Positions 8,933-19,378 of a stretch of DNA of 64,000 bases are shown in pieces (within the stretch, counting starts at the first letter, position 1; each line of letters begins with the position of its first letter). The DNA is from a virus (Duplodnaviria; Caudoviricetes), in the IMG/VR virus record IMGVR_UViG_3300021399_000157, positions 3,032 to 67,031 of that record; one strand, given 5' to 3'. The notes beneath the pieces are model-generated. The model was not told the origin of the DNA and did no database searches. It saw only the letters and a list, made by a program, of their open reading frames with translations. The position numbers and the translations under genes were made by a program.

Positions 8933-10909
8933 TCACCACCTATTACTTCCAAATGCTTCTTCATTTTGGATTTTTTGTAATTCTCTTGATAACACTCTAC
9001 CATTCATTGTGTTAGTTATATTTGCATTTATTGTGATGTATTTACCTATTGCTTCTCCTAACAATGCCATTTGTTGAGTATCAGTTAATGGTATAACACC
9101 TTCCATACCTCTTTCTCCTGCTATTGCATTTCCTAAAGGTACTCCTCTGGATGGTAAATTAACAATTCCACCTTTTGCCATTTTAATAGTAGGTATAGTA
9201 GGTATAGGTATAGGATTTTCCTTCCATAATCCTTTAAATGGTTTTTGTTTTAATATTGTTGTATTTCTTAAACCATTCAATGTCTTATTTAATTCTTTAA
9301 ATGGTTTATTAATTACACTATTTATTCCTTTTATTAGGTTATTTACTATTGTCTTAAAAGTATTTACAATTCCATCTTTTAATCCATTAAATATCTTTCC
9401 ACCTTTACTAAATAGTGAAGATACATTACTCCATATTGATGCTACTTTATTTTTTGCATTTGTAAATGCAGTCTTAAATAAATTTGGTATTTTTGATAGT
9501 GCAGAACCTATTTTGCTAGGTAATGATGTAATAAAACTAATTATACTATTTATGCCATTTCTAGCAAGATTTACCATACCATTAAATGCAGTTGCTCCAA
9601 GTGTTTGTAATAATTTGAAGAAATTACCTATTCCTGTAACTATACTTGATATAAATGATACTAACTCATTCCAAGAGTTTTTTATTTCTCCCACTATAGC
9701 ATTTATTATTGGTGATATAAATGATACTAATTCATCCCAAGATTTCTTTATTTCTTCACCTATAGCACTTATTACAGGTGATATTAAATCCCATATTGTT
9801 TTTAATACTCCTATTACCATTCCTATCATTGTTTCAACTATACCTGCAACTACACCAACTAATCCTTGAAGTACTAATATTATTCCATCTACTATCTTCT
9901 TTATTCCATCCAAAATTACTCCGGGGTCTAATGTAAATATTCCAATTAATACTTCTCCAACACCTATTAATATTTCTTGAAAACCAACAAATTGTCTTAC
10001 AACACTATTTAATACTCTTGTAATTCCATCTCCCATAACTTCAAAATTAGTTCCTTTTAAAAAGTTAGTAAAAGGGTCTAAAAATTGTTTAGGATTTGTT
10101 AAAAATTCCATCATATCTGTTAACCATTGAGGTATTTTAATATTATTTACATCTAATGCATCACTTAATTTAAAATCTACTTCTGCTAAATCACCAACAC
10201 CACCAAGATTTCCAAGATTTGTACTACCTGCTCCACCACCTGTAGATGATGTGTCATTAAGAACATTCATTTCATCAAATCCTGCAAGTTGTTTTCTTGC
10301 TTCTTTTAGGTTTTTAGCAATACCACCTGTGTTTTTCTTAATACTTCCTGCATTTTTATCTGCTTTTTTCAATGATTGTTGAAATTTATCAATTCCTGCA
10401 TTTTTAAATATATTAATTCCTGTTAAGAATTTAACAATATATCCTATATATGCAATTATCTTAATAACACCATCTAAAACAAAATTGAGTACTTTTGCTA
10501 TAAAATTTGCTACACCCTCAATTGCAGGTGCTAGTGCTTGATTAATTACAAATGCTATATATTGTACTTTTTGTGCAATTTCTGTATGTTCTTTCTTAAC
10601 TTTATCTATTGCTTGACTAACCACATAAACTGCTCCAATTATTAATGTTATAAATGGTGCTATTGTAAGGATTGACCCTGCTATTTTTAATATTAATCCT
10701 AATAATAAATTTAATATCCCACCTAGACTTTTAAATGCATTTGCTAATACTCCACCTATAGACTTAAGTTTATTTTTTACTTTTTCAAATTTACCACTAA
10801 ATTTGTCTGTGAAGTCTTTTCCTTCAACTTTTGCTTCAATCTCTGTTAGACCTTCATCTACTCCTGATGTATCTACTTTAGTTCCTATAGTGATTATTCC
10901 ATCATTCAT
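8933..10909 (-). CDS. Tape measure protein
   Basis: 658 aa amphipathic helical repeats; C-terminal MAKGGIV...AGERGMEGVIPL. Confidence 0.85.
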   Translation of the reverse strand: MNDGIITIGTKVDTSGVDEGLTEIEAKVEGKDFTDKFSGKFEKVKNKLKSIGGVLANAFKSLGGILNLLLGLILKIAGSILTIAPFITLIIGAVYVVSQAIDKVKKEHTEIAQKVQYIAFVINQALAPAIEGVANFIAKVLNFVLDGVIKIIAYIGYIVKFLTGINIFKNAGIDKFQQSLKKADKNAGSIKKNTGGIAKNLKEARKQLAGFDEMNVLNDTSSTGGGAGSTNLGNLGGVGDLAEVDFKLSDALDVNNIKIPQWLTDMMEFLTNPKQFLDPFTNFLKGTNFEVMGDGITRVLNSVVRQFVGFQEILIGVGEVLIGIFTLDPGVILDGIKKIVDGIILVLQGLVGVVAGIVETMIGMVIGVLKTIWDLISPVISAIGEEIKKSWDELVSFISPIINAIVGEIKNSWNELVSFISSIVTGIGNFFKLLQTLGATAFNGMVNLARNGINSIISFITSLPSKIGSALSKIPNLFKTAFTNAKNKVASIWSNVSSLFSKGGKIFNGLKDGIVNTFKTIVNNLIKGINSVINKPFKELNKTLNGLRNTTILKQKPFKGLWKENPIPIPTIPTIKMAKGGIVNLPSRGVPLGNAIAGERGMEGVIPLTDTQQMALLGEAIGKYITINANITNTMNGRVLSRELQKIQNEEAFGSNRW

Positions 10910-10920
10910 ACTTTCACCTC

Positions 10921-11493
10921 CTATAATCCTAATGCCTTATTCAATTCTTGAATACTTTTTAGTTGTGCATCTGTTAATTTTGGTTCTTTTTTCTTTAATG
11001 CAAAATGTTTTTTTGCATCCATTATTCTTTTTCTTTCTTTTGCATCTTTAATGTCTTTTAAATCCATTGTTCTTAAGTTTCTTATTCTATTTAATATACA
11101 ACAATTACCCATATCACTATTAGATAATCCATTTATTAAATTATAAAACTTCCACCAATGCATTTGTGTAGTTGATAAATCTATATGATAATCACTCATA
11201 AAACTTGCTTCTATATAATCCATATCTTGGTCAAAATCCATATCAGGTTCTTCGTTACTTTCTTTTGGTTCTTGCCCACATAATAGGTATTTTGTTGCCA
11301 ATTCTACTAATTCTGCTAAATTACCACTCTTCATAGCATCTTTACCAAATAACATTCTTATTATTGCTAATGTTCTTTCTAAATCTCCTATAGTTTCATC
11401 TTGTACTATTTTGTTGCACTTTAATGCTATTCTAAAGTCTGTATTTATCTTGTACCTTGTACCCTTTACTTCTATGTATTCAGGATAGTTCAT
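10921..11493 (-). CDS. Gp15-like tail assembly protein (A118 type)
   Basis: INTDFR..LK and DFDQDMDYIEASFMSDYHIDL...MHWWKFY..INGL. Confidence 0.75.
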   Translation of the reverse strand: MNYPEYIEVKGTRYKINTDFRIALKCNKIVQDETIGDLERTLAIIRMLFGKDAMKSGNLAELVELATKYLLCGQEPKESNEEPDMDFDQDMDYIEASFMSDYHIDLSTTQMHWWKFYNLINGLSNSDMGNCCILNRIRNLRTMDLKDIKDAKERKRIMDAKKHFALKKKEPKLTDAQLKSIQELNKALGL

Positions 11494-11975
11494 TGTAATA
11501 CACTACCATCTTCTACTTGACCATATAGTTTTTCAATCTTGTCATATGTGTATTCTACATTCTTTTCTAGTTTAGGCATTATTTGTTTGTCTATAATATT
11601 GTCTATTTCAGTTAATGATGTCCATCCTAGTTTTCTACCATTTAGTAGTTTACTTACTCCATTTTCCCCTAGTAACACATTATAAATTTCTTCTTCTTTT
11701 TTATAAAACTCTTCTAGTGCTTTAAATTTATCTTCTGTGTTTTTGCTTAATGCTTTTTTACCTTTTACATCTTTTCTTTGGTCTATCATCTTTAATTTGT
11801 TTTGAAGTTCTACTCTGTTCTTTTTAGACCTTTCCATTGCATCTTGGTATTTTAGTGGTAATTCAATATCTTCTAAATCAAATTCTAGATATTCACCTGT
11901 TTCTTTTCCTTCACTATCTACTATTGTTAATCTTAATACATCATTTTTTCCTAATTGAATAAAATTGTCTGTCAT
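11490..11975 (-). CDS. Tail assembly chaperone
   Basis: Position between major tail and Gp15-like genes. Confidence 0.6.
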   Translation of the reverse strand: MTDNFIQLGKNDVLRLTIVDSEGKETGEYLEFDLEDIELPLKYQDAMERSKKNRVELQNKLKMIDQRKDVKGKKALSKNTEDKFKALEEFYKKEEEIYNVLLGENGVSKLLNGRKLGWTSLTEIDNIIDKQIMPKLEKNVEYTYDKIEKLYGQVEDGSVLQ

Positions 11976-11995
11976 TTTATTTCCTCCTTATATTT

Positions 11996-12036
11996 AAAAA
12001 AAGAGGATAGGGAATAATCCCTAACCCCTATTTGGT
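11996..12036 (-). terminator. Intrinsic terminator after major tail gene
   Basis: GC-rich hairpin (GGATAGGGA...TCCCTAACCC on plus) followed by a T-run on minus. Confidence 0.5.
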
Positions 12037-12039
12037 TTA

Positions 12040-12528
12040 TTATAAACTAGTAGTTGGTGTAAATGTAGGTACTCCATCTGCTATAGTAACAGAACCTTCA
12101 GTTACATCTCCATCATAATATATATCGTATTCAATTTCACTATTTTCTCCTAAAATAGATGTGATAACAATTTTTCCTTCACTTAATTTAGCAGGATAAC
12201 TATTACCTGTTCCATTCCATCTATCAATGTCTAGGATTTTTGTCTTATAGTTTAATTTATCTCTACCATCTGCAACAAACTCAAACAATTCATCACCTTT
12301 GTAAGTCTTTTGAGTTACACTTCCTTGTTTTTCATTTGCAGAATGGTCGCTTCTTGCATTATCTTCTATTATCCACTTTTCTGTATCAACTTGTGGATTG
12401 TAATCAACAGAATAATCAGTAATACCAATTCCTAATATTTTCCAAGTTCTAGTTGTACCATTTGGTGTAATATCAAGATATGTTAACCATTGACTTCTGT
12501 TAATTTTTTGAATATCATCAGGTATCAT
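12040..12528 (-). CDS. Major tail protein
   Basis: WKILGIGITDYSVDYNPQVDTEKWI typical of A118-like tail tube proteins. Confidence 0.7.
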   Translation of the reverse strand: MIPDDIQKINRSQWLTYLDITPNGTTRTWKILGIGITDYSVDYNPQVDTEKWIIEDNARSDHSANEKQGSVTQKTYKGDELFEFVADGRDKLNYKTKILDIDRWNGTGNSYPAKLSEGKIVITSILGENSEIEYDIYYDGDVTEGSVTIADGVPTFTPTTSL

Positions 12529-12710
12529 AAATTTTCTCCCTTCTCTAATTGTCTTTCAATTAAAACTAAATCTTCATATGTAAGAGGTTCAATGTACCCT
12601 TTTTCATTTAAAATTTTAATTTGTTTAATAGTAAAGTTTTCAAGAATATCACCTTTGATGTAATTTTTACCATTTGCTATAAAATCTTTTTTAACTACTA
12701 CTTGTTTCAT
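12525..12710 (-). CDS. Hypothetical small structural-region protein
   Basis: 61 aa, overlapping start/stop with neighbours. Confidence 0.55.
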   Translation of the reverse strand: MKQVVVKKDFIANGKNYIKGDILENFTIKQIKILNEKGYIEPLTYEDLVLIERQLEKGENL

Positions 12711-13133
12711 TTAATCCTCCCTATATGTGATTTGTATTTGTAAATCAAATTCTGCAGTTTTAGTTTCTGCATTATTCATTGATGCAGGACTTAAGCATTT
12801 AATACTTTCAATCCCATCTATATCAGGCAATATGCCTTCCTCATTATTAGAGTTAATAGTTTTTTCAAATTGTTCAAAAAAACCTATGTTTTCAAGATTG
12901 TTTATAGTATCTTGTGAGTATGCTTTTCTACTTCTAAAAGAAAACACATCTCTTCTAACTCCTCCACCTATAATCCAATTTTCAACCTCTTTATTAGTTG
13001 GTATTTTATCTAGTGAATAATCATTAATATCTTTAGATAACATATTTGCATTTATTTGGTATCTAGTGCTATTCATCATTGCATCTAATACACTAAATAA
13101 ATACTCTCTTAATTTTGCTATTCTATAATCCAT
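12711..13133 (-). CDS. Tail terminator-like (minor capsid 3 type) protein
   Basis: Synteny; ...FDLQIQITY C-terminus. Confidence 0.6.
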   Translation of the reverse strand: MDYRIAKLREYLFSVLDAMMNSTRYQINANMLSKDINDYSLDKIPTNKEVENWIIGGGVRRDVFSFRSRKAYSQDTINNLENIGFFEQFEKTINSNNEEGILPDIDGIESIKCLSPASMNNAETKTAEFDLQIQITYRED

Positions 13134-13559
13134 CTATATACCTCTTTTCATATAATCTTCTACTTCTTTTGCAATGGTATCTGCTTCTGCATCTACCATC
13201 CTTCTATCCCAATAAGAACCTGTACCTGCAGTATGATAAACCAAATCAATGTTAGTTAGATGTTTCTTTTTTCCTTTATCACTCCAAAAACCATATGTAG
13301 GTGAGTAATATGCACCTTTACCATTATCCATTACCATTAATTTACCATAATATTGGTATCTAGCATATGGACTTTCATAAATGATTTTATCATCTTCAAT
13401 TGATACATTTTTTCTTAAATTACCTTCATCATATGGTACATATTTATCCATATGTTTATAACAAGTATCAGTAAAAAACTTTTGGACTTTTCCACCTTCT
13501 TCAAGATTATGTCTTAATATAATCTCTTGTGGTTTTCTCATCTCTATTTTTAAACTCAT
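13134..13559 (-). CDS. Tail completion / minor capsid 2 type protein
   Basis: KYVPYDEGNLR...YESPYARYQYYG...HTAGTGSYWD. Confidence 0.7.
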   Translation of the reverse strand: MSLKIEMRKPQEIILRHNLEEGGKVQKFFTDTCYKHMDKYVPYDEGNLRKNVSIEDDKIIYESPYARYQYYGKLMVMDNGKGAYYSPTYGFWSDKGKKKHLTNIDLVYHTAGTGSYWDRRMVDAEADTIAKEVEDYMKRGI

Positions 13560-13906
13560 TATTTACCACTTATATGAATGTGAGGTTGACTACCAAATTG
13601 ATTATCAGTTTTGCTTGTAATAGCATATATAACACCATCTAAATCTTGTTGTGTAGTTATTTCTTGTGTTAGAGTTCCTTGTACAATAATATCTCCTATA
13701 TCAAAGTTCCTAAAATCTAAATTAGGATTTTTTTCATAAGGTATTCTTATTTGTACATCATTTGCATTTTCATATCCTTTATTAGTAGATGCACCTTGTC
13801 CACCAAAGAACCATACATCACTATAATTAAATCTAATCCACTTTTCTAGTCTTGTATCATCATCTAAACCTTTATGATAGATTGTTAAAGTTGAATTAGT
13901 TATCAT
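13559..13906 (-). CDS. Head closure protein
   Basis: Synteny; GDIIVQG...PHIHISGK. Confidence 0.6.
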   Translation of the reverse strand: MITNSTLTIYHKGLDDDTRLEKWIRFNYSDVWFFGGQGASTNKGYENANDVQIRIPYEKNPNLDFRNFDIGDIIVQGTLTQEITTQQDLDGVIYAITSKTDNQFGSQPHIHISGK

Positions 13907-14295
13907 TTAGCACCACAATACATATAAGGTGTACCATCTTCTAACTTACAATCTACTAGATATTCTTTTACAATACCTTTTATTTCACTTTCTTGTGCCT
14001 CTGTAATGTTAGTTGATGGTGTTGCATATGAAATACTATATCCATCTATATTTTCACTTGCAATGCCCTTATTTGCTCCTTTAAAAGCATCATATGAATT
14101 GATTGTGTTAATTAGTTCATTAATACATAACTTTACTTCTTGGATTTGACTATCTAAATCTTTCAATCTGCCAAATGTATATTTATCTACATTTTGTCTT
14201 GCTCTAAACTCTAATAGGTTAAAAGGCATTTGGTCTAAAGTGCCACCTAATGCCAAATATTCATTATATGTTAGGTATTGTTCACTAAAATCCAT
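13903..14295 (-). CDS. Head-tail adaptor (SPP1 gp15-like)
   Basis: YLTYNEY...IDKYTFGR...SENIDGYSISY. Confidence 0.7.
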   Translation of the reverse strand: MDFSEQYLTYNEYLALGGTLDQMPFNLLEFRARQNVDKYTFGRLKDLDSQIQEVKLCINELINTINSYDAFKGANKGIASENIDGYSISYATPSTNITEAQESEIKGIVKEYLVDCKLEDGTPYMYCGAK

Positions 14296-14324
14296 AATGC
14301 CCTCCTTCTTTCAATTATTTTTTA

Positions 14325-15182
14325 TTATAGACTTGCGCTTGGTGTTCCATTATAGATAATTAAATCATCCATAACTGCTTTTGTTCCTTTATATGCAAAT
14401 AGTCCAAATGCAGTTGCATCACTTAAATCTACTTTAGTTGGATTGTAAATAGAAGTCATAACAGGTTGCGCTACTGCACCACGAACCATAACTATATAAT
14501 TTACTCCTGCAGGTAAGAATACACTAGAGTAAACATTTACATTGTTGAATGTTCCTTGTTCATAGTTTCTTACTTGTCCTAAATCATTTGAATTAGAAAT
14601 AGAGTTAATCTTGTTTCTTAATTTTCCATAATATGCAGGTGACATAACTATTTCAATCATATTTCTAGGTACACCATTTACATATTGATTTTTAGTAGTT
14701 TCTACTTTTTGGATTGCTTCCTCAATTTCATCTTCAATTGATGCTCCTGAAGTTGCAGTAAATTGAGTTCCTTCTGCTACTGCTTCTGCAAAAAACTTTG
14801 TATCAAGTTCTACTGCTAGTGCATCTTGATGATTTCTAGTTCTACGAGAAATTAGTCCATCTACACCATAAGTTCTTAAGTCTTTTTCTTCAACTTCTTC
14901 TAAATATTCAGTATTATCATTAATTGATATTACTACAGGATTTGCTTTTACATATTGTCCTTTTCCACCTGTTCTTGCAGTACCATAAGTTTGTCCTATA
15001 ATATTAGCAAATCTTTTTGCTTCAATAGTTCCTGTACTAGGGTCACCACTTAAATCTTGATTTTTTAATCTAGAAGCAAGTGTAATGTGTTGTAAGTTTT
15101 CAATTACTTTACCATATGCTTCTGCTAATTTGTCTTTTCCACTTGTTGTTAATTCAATGCTTAATGCATCTAATCTTGCCAT
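14325..15182 (-). CDS. Major capsid protein
   Basis: 285 aa after scaffold; HK97-fold-like ending AFGLFAYKGTKAVMDDLI. Confidence 0.75.
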   Translation of the reverse strand: MARLDALSIELTTSGKDKLAEAYGKVIENLQHITLASRLKNQDLSGDPSTGTIEAKRFANIIGQTYGTARTGGKGQYVKANPVVISINDNTEYLEEVEEKDLRTYGVDGLISRRTRNHQDALAVELDTKFFAEAVAEGTQFTATSGASIEDEIEEAIQKVETTKNQYVNGVPRNMIEIVMSPAYYGKLRNKINSISNSNDLGQVRNYEQGTFNNVNVYSSVFLPAGVNYIVMVRGAVAQPVMTSIYNPTKVDLSDATAFGLFAYKGTKAVMDDLIIYNGTPSASL

Positions 15183-15203
15183 TGTTATTCATTCCTTTCT
15201 TTT

Positions 15204-15734
15204 TTACCATAATTCAGGTATTTCTTTTGTATTATTTGTTTGTTCACTATCTCCCATACTTTCCATATCTTTTAATTGATTAGGATTTACAAATATATCA
15301 GTTTTGTCTTTTGTTAATTCATCAAACAAATCTTGAATACCTTTACCTTTATTTTCAGGTTTATTTAATCCTTCTTTAATATCATTTAAAAGACCTGTTC
15401 TAGCATATTCACTAGTGAATGTTTTGCCTTCAAAAAGGTTATTGATATTTTCTGTTAATATCTTTTCCTCTTCTTCTGCTTTTTGTTTTGCTTCTTGTTC
15501 CTTAATAGAGGTTTGCAACTCCTCATATTTAGTTTTCCAATCTGCATTGTCTTTAGCACTTTCATTAAACTCATTGATTTTAGTTTCATAAGTAGATATT
15601 TTGTTTTCTAACTCTTCTTTTTGATTTGTTAAGTTTTCAATCTCCTTATCTTTCTTTGTCATTGCTTTACCATATAATGACATTACCTTATCAACTTGTT
15701 CTTCATCTAAAAAGTCTAAATTTTCTCTTTTCAT
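15204..15734 (-). CDS. Capsid scaffolding protein
   Basis: EEQVDKVMSLYGK N-terminus, coiled coil, directly upstream of capsid gene. Confidence 0.75.
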   Translation of the reverse strand: MKRENLDFLDEEQVDKVMSLYGKAMTKKDKEIENLTNQKEELENKISTYETKINEFNESAKDNADWKTKYEELQTSIKEQEAKQKAEEEEKILTENINNLFEGKTFTSEYARTGLLNDIKEGLNKPENKGKGIQDLFDELTKDKTDIFVNPNQLKDMESMGDSEQTNNTKEIPELW

Positions 15735-15875
15735 AATCTTCTCCTATCGTTTTTTTATCGTGCCACGAACACGAGTGATTGATTAAGTTTTATACCTATC
15801 GTGGTATTTACGAATGGTCATTTTCATAACCTACATTAATTATATATCATAATAAAAAAAAGTGCAAATTGCACT

Positions 15876-16166
15876 CTATTTCTTTTTAGGTTTCTTTTTT
15901 AATGATACTTTTTTAGGTTCTTCTTTTTGTTCTACTACTTCAGGTATTTCTATTTCTTTAACAGGTTCTTCTTTTACTTCTATTGCTTTTACAAATGCTC
16001 TATTTAACTTGTTTGTTTCAGTTAAATACTTAAACATTTCTTCATCACAATCAAAAGTATCTCCAATAAATAGTTTACCTTCTTCTGCTTTTCCTTTTCT
16101 TTCAATATTTTTTAGTTTAGCAAAATCCTTTAAATTAAATTCTGCTATTGCTTCTGCTCTTATCAT
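15876..16166 (-). CDS. Hypothetical protein
   Basis: 96 aa with Lys/Glu-rich tail, RBS GGAGGA. Confidence 0.6.
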   Translation of the reverse strand: MIRAEAIAEFNLKDFAKLKNIERKGKAEEGKLFIGDTFDCDEEMFKYLTETNKLNRAFVKAIEVKEEPVKEIEIPEVVEQKEEPKKVSLKKKPKKK

Positions 16167-16179
16167 AACTTTCCTCCTC

Positions 16180-16998
16180 CTAATATTGTTGATAAGTTCC
16201 TTTATCTATTTTTTCTCTGCACTTTTCTGCTCTTGCTTTTATTACAGGTCGCATATATTTATGTTTCATACTATCTAACATTTGTAATTGGTGTCCTATA
16301 TGACAAAATGCACTTGCATCCCAAAAACTACTTCTAACTAAAGATACACTATTATCATAGTTCATTCTATTCCATACATAACATATCTTTTTTAAATTAG
16401 TTACATTTTCATATTCAAGACCATCTGCAAGTTTATATGCCCATACTCTATCTTCCATTAAAGTATCTTCACAGAACCATACAATCTTATCCTTCCTGAT
16501 TACCTTTGACCAAGCAGTACACCATACATTGTTATTTAAAGACCATAAATCCTCATAACATTTTGCTTCATTAGTTGTTTGAAAATCTATACCATTCTTA
16601 CCTAGCATTTCACATCCAATAGTCATTAGTTCCTGATTATCTAGGTTGTTATCAATTGTTTCAAGAACATCATTATCCTTCCACCAATCATCACTATCTA
16701 AAAAACAAAAATAATCAAAATCTAAATTATCCATTGCATATTCCATTGCTACATTCCTAGAACCACCATTATATCTTTTTCTTCTGTTCTGTATAAGATG
16801 TATTCTTTTATCTTTATAACTTTTAATAGTTTCAACTGATGTATCAAAACTCATATCATCAACTATTACTAGATTAAAATCCTTGTATGTTTGATTTAAA
16901 ATACTTTCTATACAATTCCTTAAGTATGTTTTACCTTCATACTTACCTCTATCATTGTTGCAATTTGGTACTATAATAGCATATTTATATTTTGACAT
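16180..16998 (-). CDS. Glycosyltransferase family 2 (GT-A fold)
   Basis: IIVPNCN, CIESILNQTY, IVDDMSFDTS, GGSRNVA, FLDSDD (DxD), MED. Confidence 0.9.
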   Translation of the reverse strand: MSKYKYAIIVPNCNNDRGKYEGKTYLRNCIESILNQTYKDFNLVIVDDMSFDTSVETIKSYKDKRIHLIQNRRKRYNGGSRNVAMEYAMDNLDFDYFCFLDSDDWWKDNDVLETIDNNLDNQELMTIGCEMLGKNGIDFQTTNEAKCYEDLWSLNNNVWCTAWSKVIRKDKIVWFCEDTLMEDRVWAYKLADGLEYENVTNLKKICYVWNRMNYDNSVSLVRSSFWDASAFCHIGHQLQMLDSMKHKYMRPVIKARAEKCREKIDKGTYQQY

Positions 16999-17043
16999 AC
17001 TATCACCATTTTCATTATAACATAATTAAAAGAGGGTGTAAAA

Positions 17044-17397
17044 TTACATCCTCCAAACACATCTAATTATTCTATTTAATGGATTAAAAGTATCATAAAC
17101 CACTCCATCAATTACTGCAGTTATATGACCATCCATAGTTACTGCATACTTGCCTTTTGGATGTTCTTCAACAAACTCTTTTAATGTTTTTGAATAATGA
17201 CACTCTCTAGGGTATCTCTTATCCAAATAATCTTCAACAAAAGGTACATTTTCAAACATATATCCTACATCACTTGCTAAATCACTTAACTCTTCAAAAA
17301 CATCCTCCCAATCTCTACCTGTTAGGATGCTTATGCTTCTTATAACACAATCATCTATATGCCTGTTATAAGGATTTGCATTGTAATATTTATACAT
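17044..17397 (-). CDS. Papain-like (C39-related) peptidase-fold protein
   Basis: DDCVIRSIS (Cys), GHITAVIDG (His), YDT (Asp). Confidence 0.55.
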   Translation of the reverse strand: MYKYYNANPYNRHIDDCVIRSISILTGRDWEDVFEELSDLASDVGYMFENVPFVEDYLDKRYPRECHYSKTLKEFVEEHPKGKYAVTMDGHITAVIDGVVYDTFNPLNRIIRCVWRM

Positions 17398-17873
17398 TAC
17401 ATTTGTGCTATCTTTTGTGAGTATTTTCTTATTAGATTTATTTCTTCTTGTGAGTTAGCATCATTCTTTAACATCTCAAAAAAGTTTACTGCACTTTCAA
17501 GCATATATTCTAAAGATTTTAATGTATCATCTTTAGCACCATAGTTGCCTCTATTGTATTCTTCTCTACCTGCTTCATATCTACCATATTCACTATATAA
17601 TCTATCTAAATGATTATGACCTCTATATTTTGTATCATATCCTCTTCTGTTATAGTTCCCATAATCTCCATAGTTATCTCTTCCATATGCATCATATCCT
17701 GCTCTTCTTCCATATTCTCCATAATTCATATTACTATCCTCCTTTGCCATATGTTTTATTTTTGCTAGTTTATAAACTATATCTAAATTGTTAGTTGTTA
17801 AACCACTTTCCAATTGTTTTTTAATTGATTGTTCTGTTTTTTCAATAATCTCTTTGTCTATATTTTCTTCCAT
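17397..17873 (-). CDS. Tyr/Gly/Arg-repeat protein of the low-complexity cassette
   Basis: YGEYGRRAGYDAYGRDNYGDYGNY repeats between helical ends. Confidence 0.65.
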   Translation of the reverse strand: MEENIDKEIIEKTEQSIKKQLESGLTTNNLDIVYKLAKIKHMAKEDSNMNYGEYGRRAGYDAYGRDNYGDYGNYNRRGYDTKYRGHNHLDRLYSEYGRYEAGREEYNRGNYGAKDDTLKSLEYMLESAVNFFEMLKNDANSQEEINLIRKYSQKIAQM

Positions 17874-17876
17874 AGT

Positions 17877-18050
17877 CTATCCTCCCTTCTTTAGTAAACT
17901 TAATATCTCATCATTCTGCTCTATAATCTTTTGCAAATAATTGCTATCTTGGTTTTGTAATTCTTGCATTAAATCACTATTGTTATAATCCCTAAATAGT
18001 ATTTCTAGACTTAATGCTTGTAAAACTAGACTTAAATTATCTACTTTCAT
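17877..18050 (-). CDS. Small protein not in the ORF track (57 aa, MKVDNLSLVLQALSLEILF...)
   Basis: ATG overlaps the upstream TGA; ends at the RBS of the next gene. Confidence 0.65.
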   Translation of the reverse strand: MKVDNLSLVLQALSLEILFRDYNNSDLMQELQNQDSNYLQKIIEQNDEILSLLKKGG

Positions 18051-18496
18051 CCTATTTTTTCAATGATTAAATTAGCATCTTTGATAGTAGGTATTTGAGT
18101 TACTACTGCAGGTGTTACACTTCCTATAGCAGGTATAGACCCTATTGCAAGTGTTGTATTTACTCTTGGACACAATCTTATGATTTTAGTAAATGATATA
18201 TTGGTATAAACATCAGGTGTAGTTGTTTCTGCATCCATTTCAGTTCCTTCAACATCTGTTCCTGTTGCACTCTTTAGTGCTAGTGCTACTTGACCTGCAG
18301 TTGCACTTGTAACATTTGCATTAAAACTAATCTTAAATGTTCCACCACCTATTATTGTAAAATCACTACCTCCATTCATATATTGTAACCATCCACAACA
18401 ATTAGCAGTTCTGCTTCTTAAATCAACTATGTCAAAATTAATGTTATCTGTATTAGATGTAAGTATTTCAGGTGTTATTTGTAATGCTTGTATCAT
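18047..18496 (-). CDS. BclA C-terminal-like beta-sandwich protein
   Basis: GGGTFKISFNANV...GTEMD...YTNIS pattern; CCGW motif. Confidence 0.5.
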   Translation of the reverse strand: MIQALQITPEILTSNTDNINFDIVDLRSRTANCCGWLQYMNGGSDFTIIGGGTFKISFNANVTSATAGQVALALKSATGTDVEGTEMDAETTTPDVYTNISFTKIIRLCPRVNTTLAIGSIPAIGSVTPAVVTQIPTIKDANLIIEKIG

Positions 18497-18588
18497 TTTA
18501 TCTCTCCTTCCTATATAAAAAGAGATAGAAACTTATCTATCTCCTATTAGCAAGTTCCTGTATTCAGGTTTGTCTATTGACCTTTTGC

Positions 18589-19344
18589 TTAAATTACATT
18601 TGTACCATAACCATAAAAGTTACCACATCCACATCCATTTCCTAAAGTAGGATTTAATAAAGATTGATATGGACTAGACACTAAATAACTAGGTGTAGGT
18701 GTTGGTTGAAGTTTAGATAATAGGTTTGCAGTTTGCTCTCTATCACTTATGATATCTTTTGCTTCTGCAAGTCTATCTCTTAAATCTTGGATAGTGTTTT
18801 GAGTGATTAATGCTCTTGTTTGTTCACCATCTTCTCTAATTGCTTGTTTAATGTCACAACAACAATTGTCTAATCTTGCTAATCCTTGTAAACTAGTCAT
18901 TCCTAATTGGTTTTCTAATTGAGTTGTTTGAAGTAATATATCTCTTTGAGTATTTGCATTTCCCATTAGAATATCACTTCTTAAGTTACACAAGTTAGTT
19001 GCAGTATTATAGAACCCATTAGAAATATTAGAATTAATATCACTGCAACAATTACACAATTGAGTTGATAAGTTACCAAATCCTGTTGTAGTAGTATTAG
19101 ATAATTGACTAATATCTCTTTGAGTAAACTCACTAGATACAAAATCTGTTGTTGCAACATTATTCCATCCATTGTTACCAAATCCACCCCATCCACCATT
19201 ATTAAATAATAGTGCTAGAAGTACAATTGCCCATATTCCATCTCCACCAAATATTCCATTGTTGTTACCATACATAACAGGATATGGATATTGGTTATTT
19301 GTTGCTAGGTCAATTGTTGGTACTATTCCATTTTGTCCATTCAT
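18589..19344 (-). CDS. Gly/Asn-rich spore-coat-like protein
   Basis: GGDGIWAIVLLALLF-NNGGWGGFGNNG, QLCNCC, LDNCCCD, EDGEQTRALI, GCGCG tail. Confidence 0.6.
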   Translation of the reverse strand: MNGQNGIVPTIDLATNNQYPYPVMYGNNNGIFGGDGIWAIVLLALLFNNGGWGGFGNNGWNNVATTDFVSSEFTQRDISQLSNTTTTGFGNLSTQLCNCCSDINSNISNGFYNTATNLCNLRSDILMGNANTQRDILLQTTQLENQLGMTSLQGLARLDNCCCDIKQAIREDGEQTRALITQNTIQDLRDRLAEAKDIISDREQTANLLSKLQPTPTPSYLVSSPYQSLLNPTLGNGCGCGNFYGYGTNVI

Positions 19345-19378
19345 AAGATACTCTCCTTTCTAAATATTTATATCAATG

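Noticed and set aside
14325-15734. Prp-type leader on the phage A scaffold or capsid protein, as in staphylococcal phages
   Set aside because: Neither N-terminus has the LxIQxF motif; in this window it is confined to the five cargo genes
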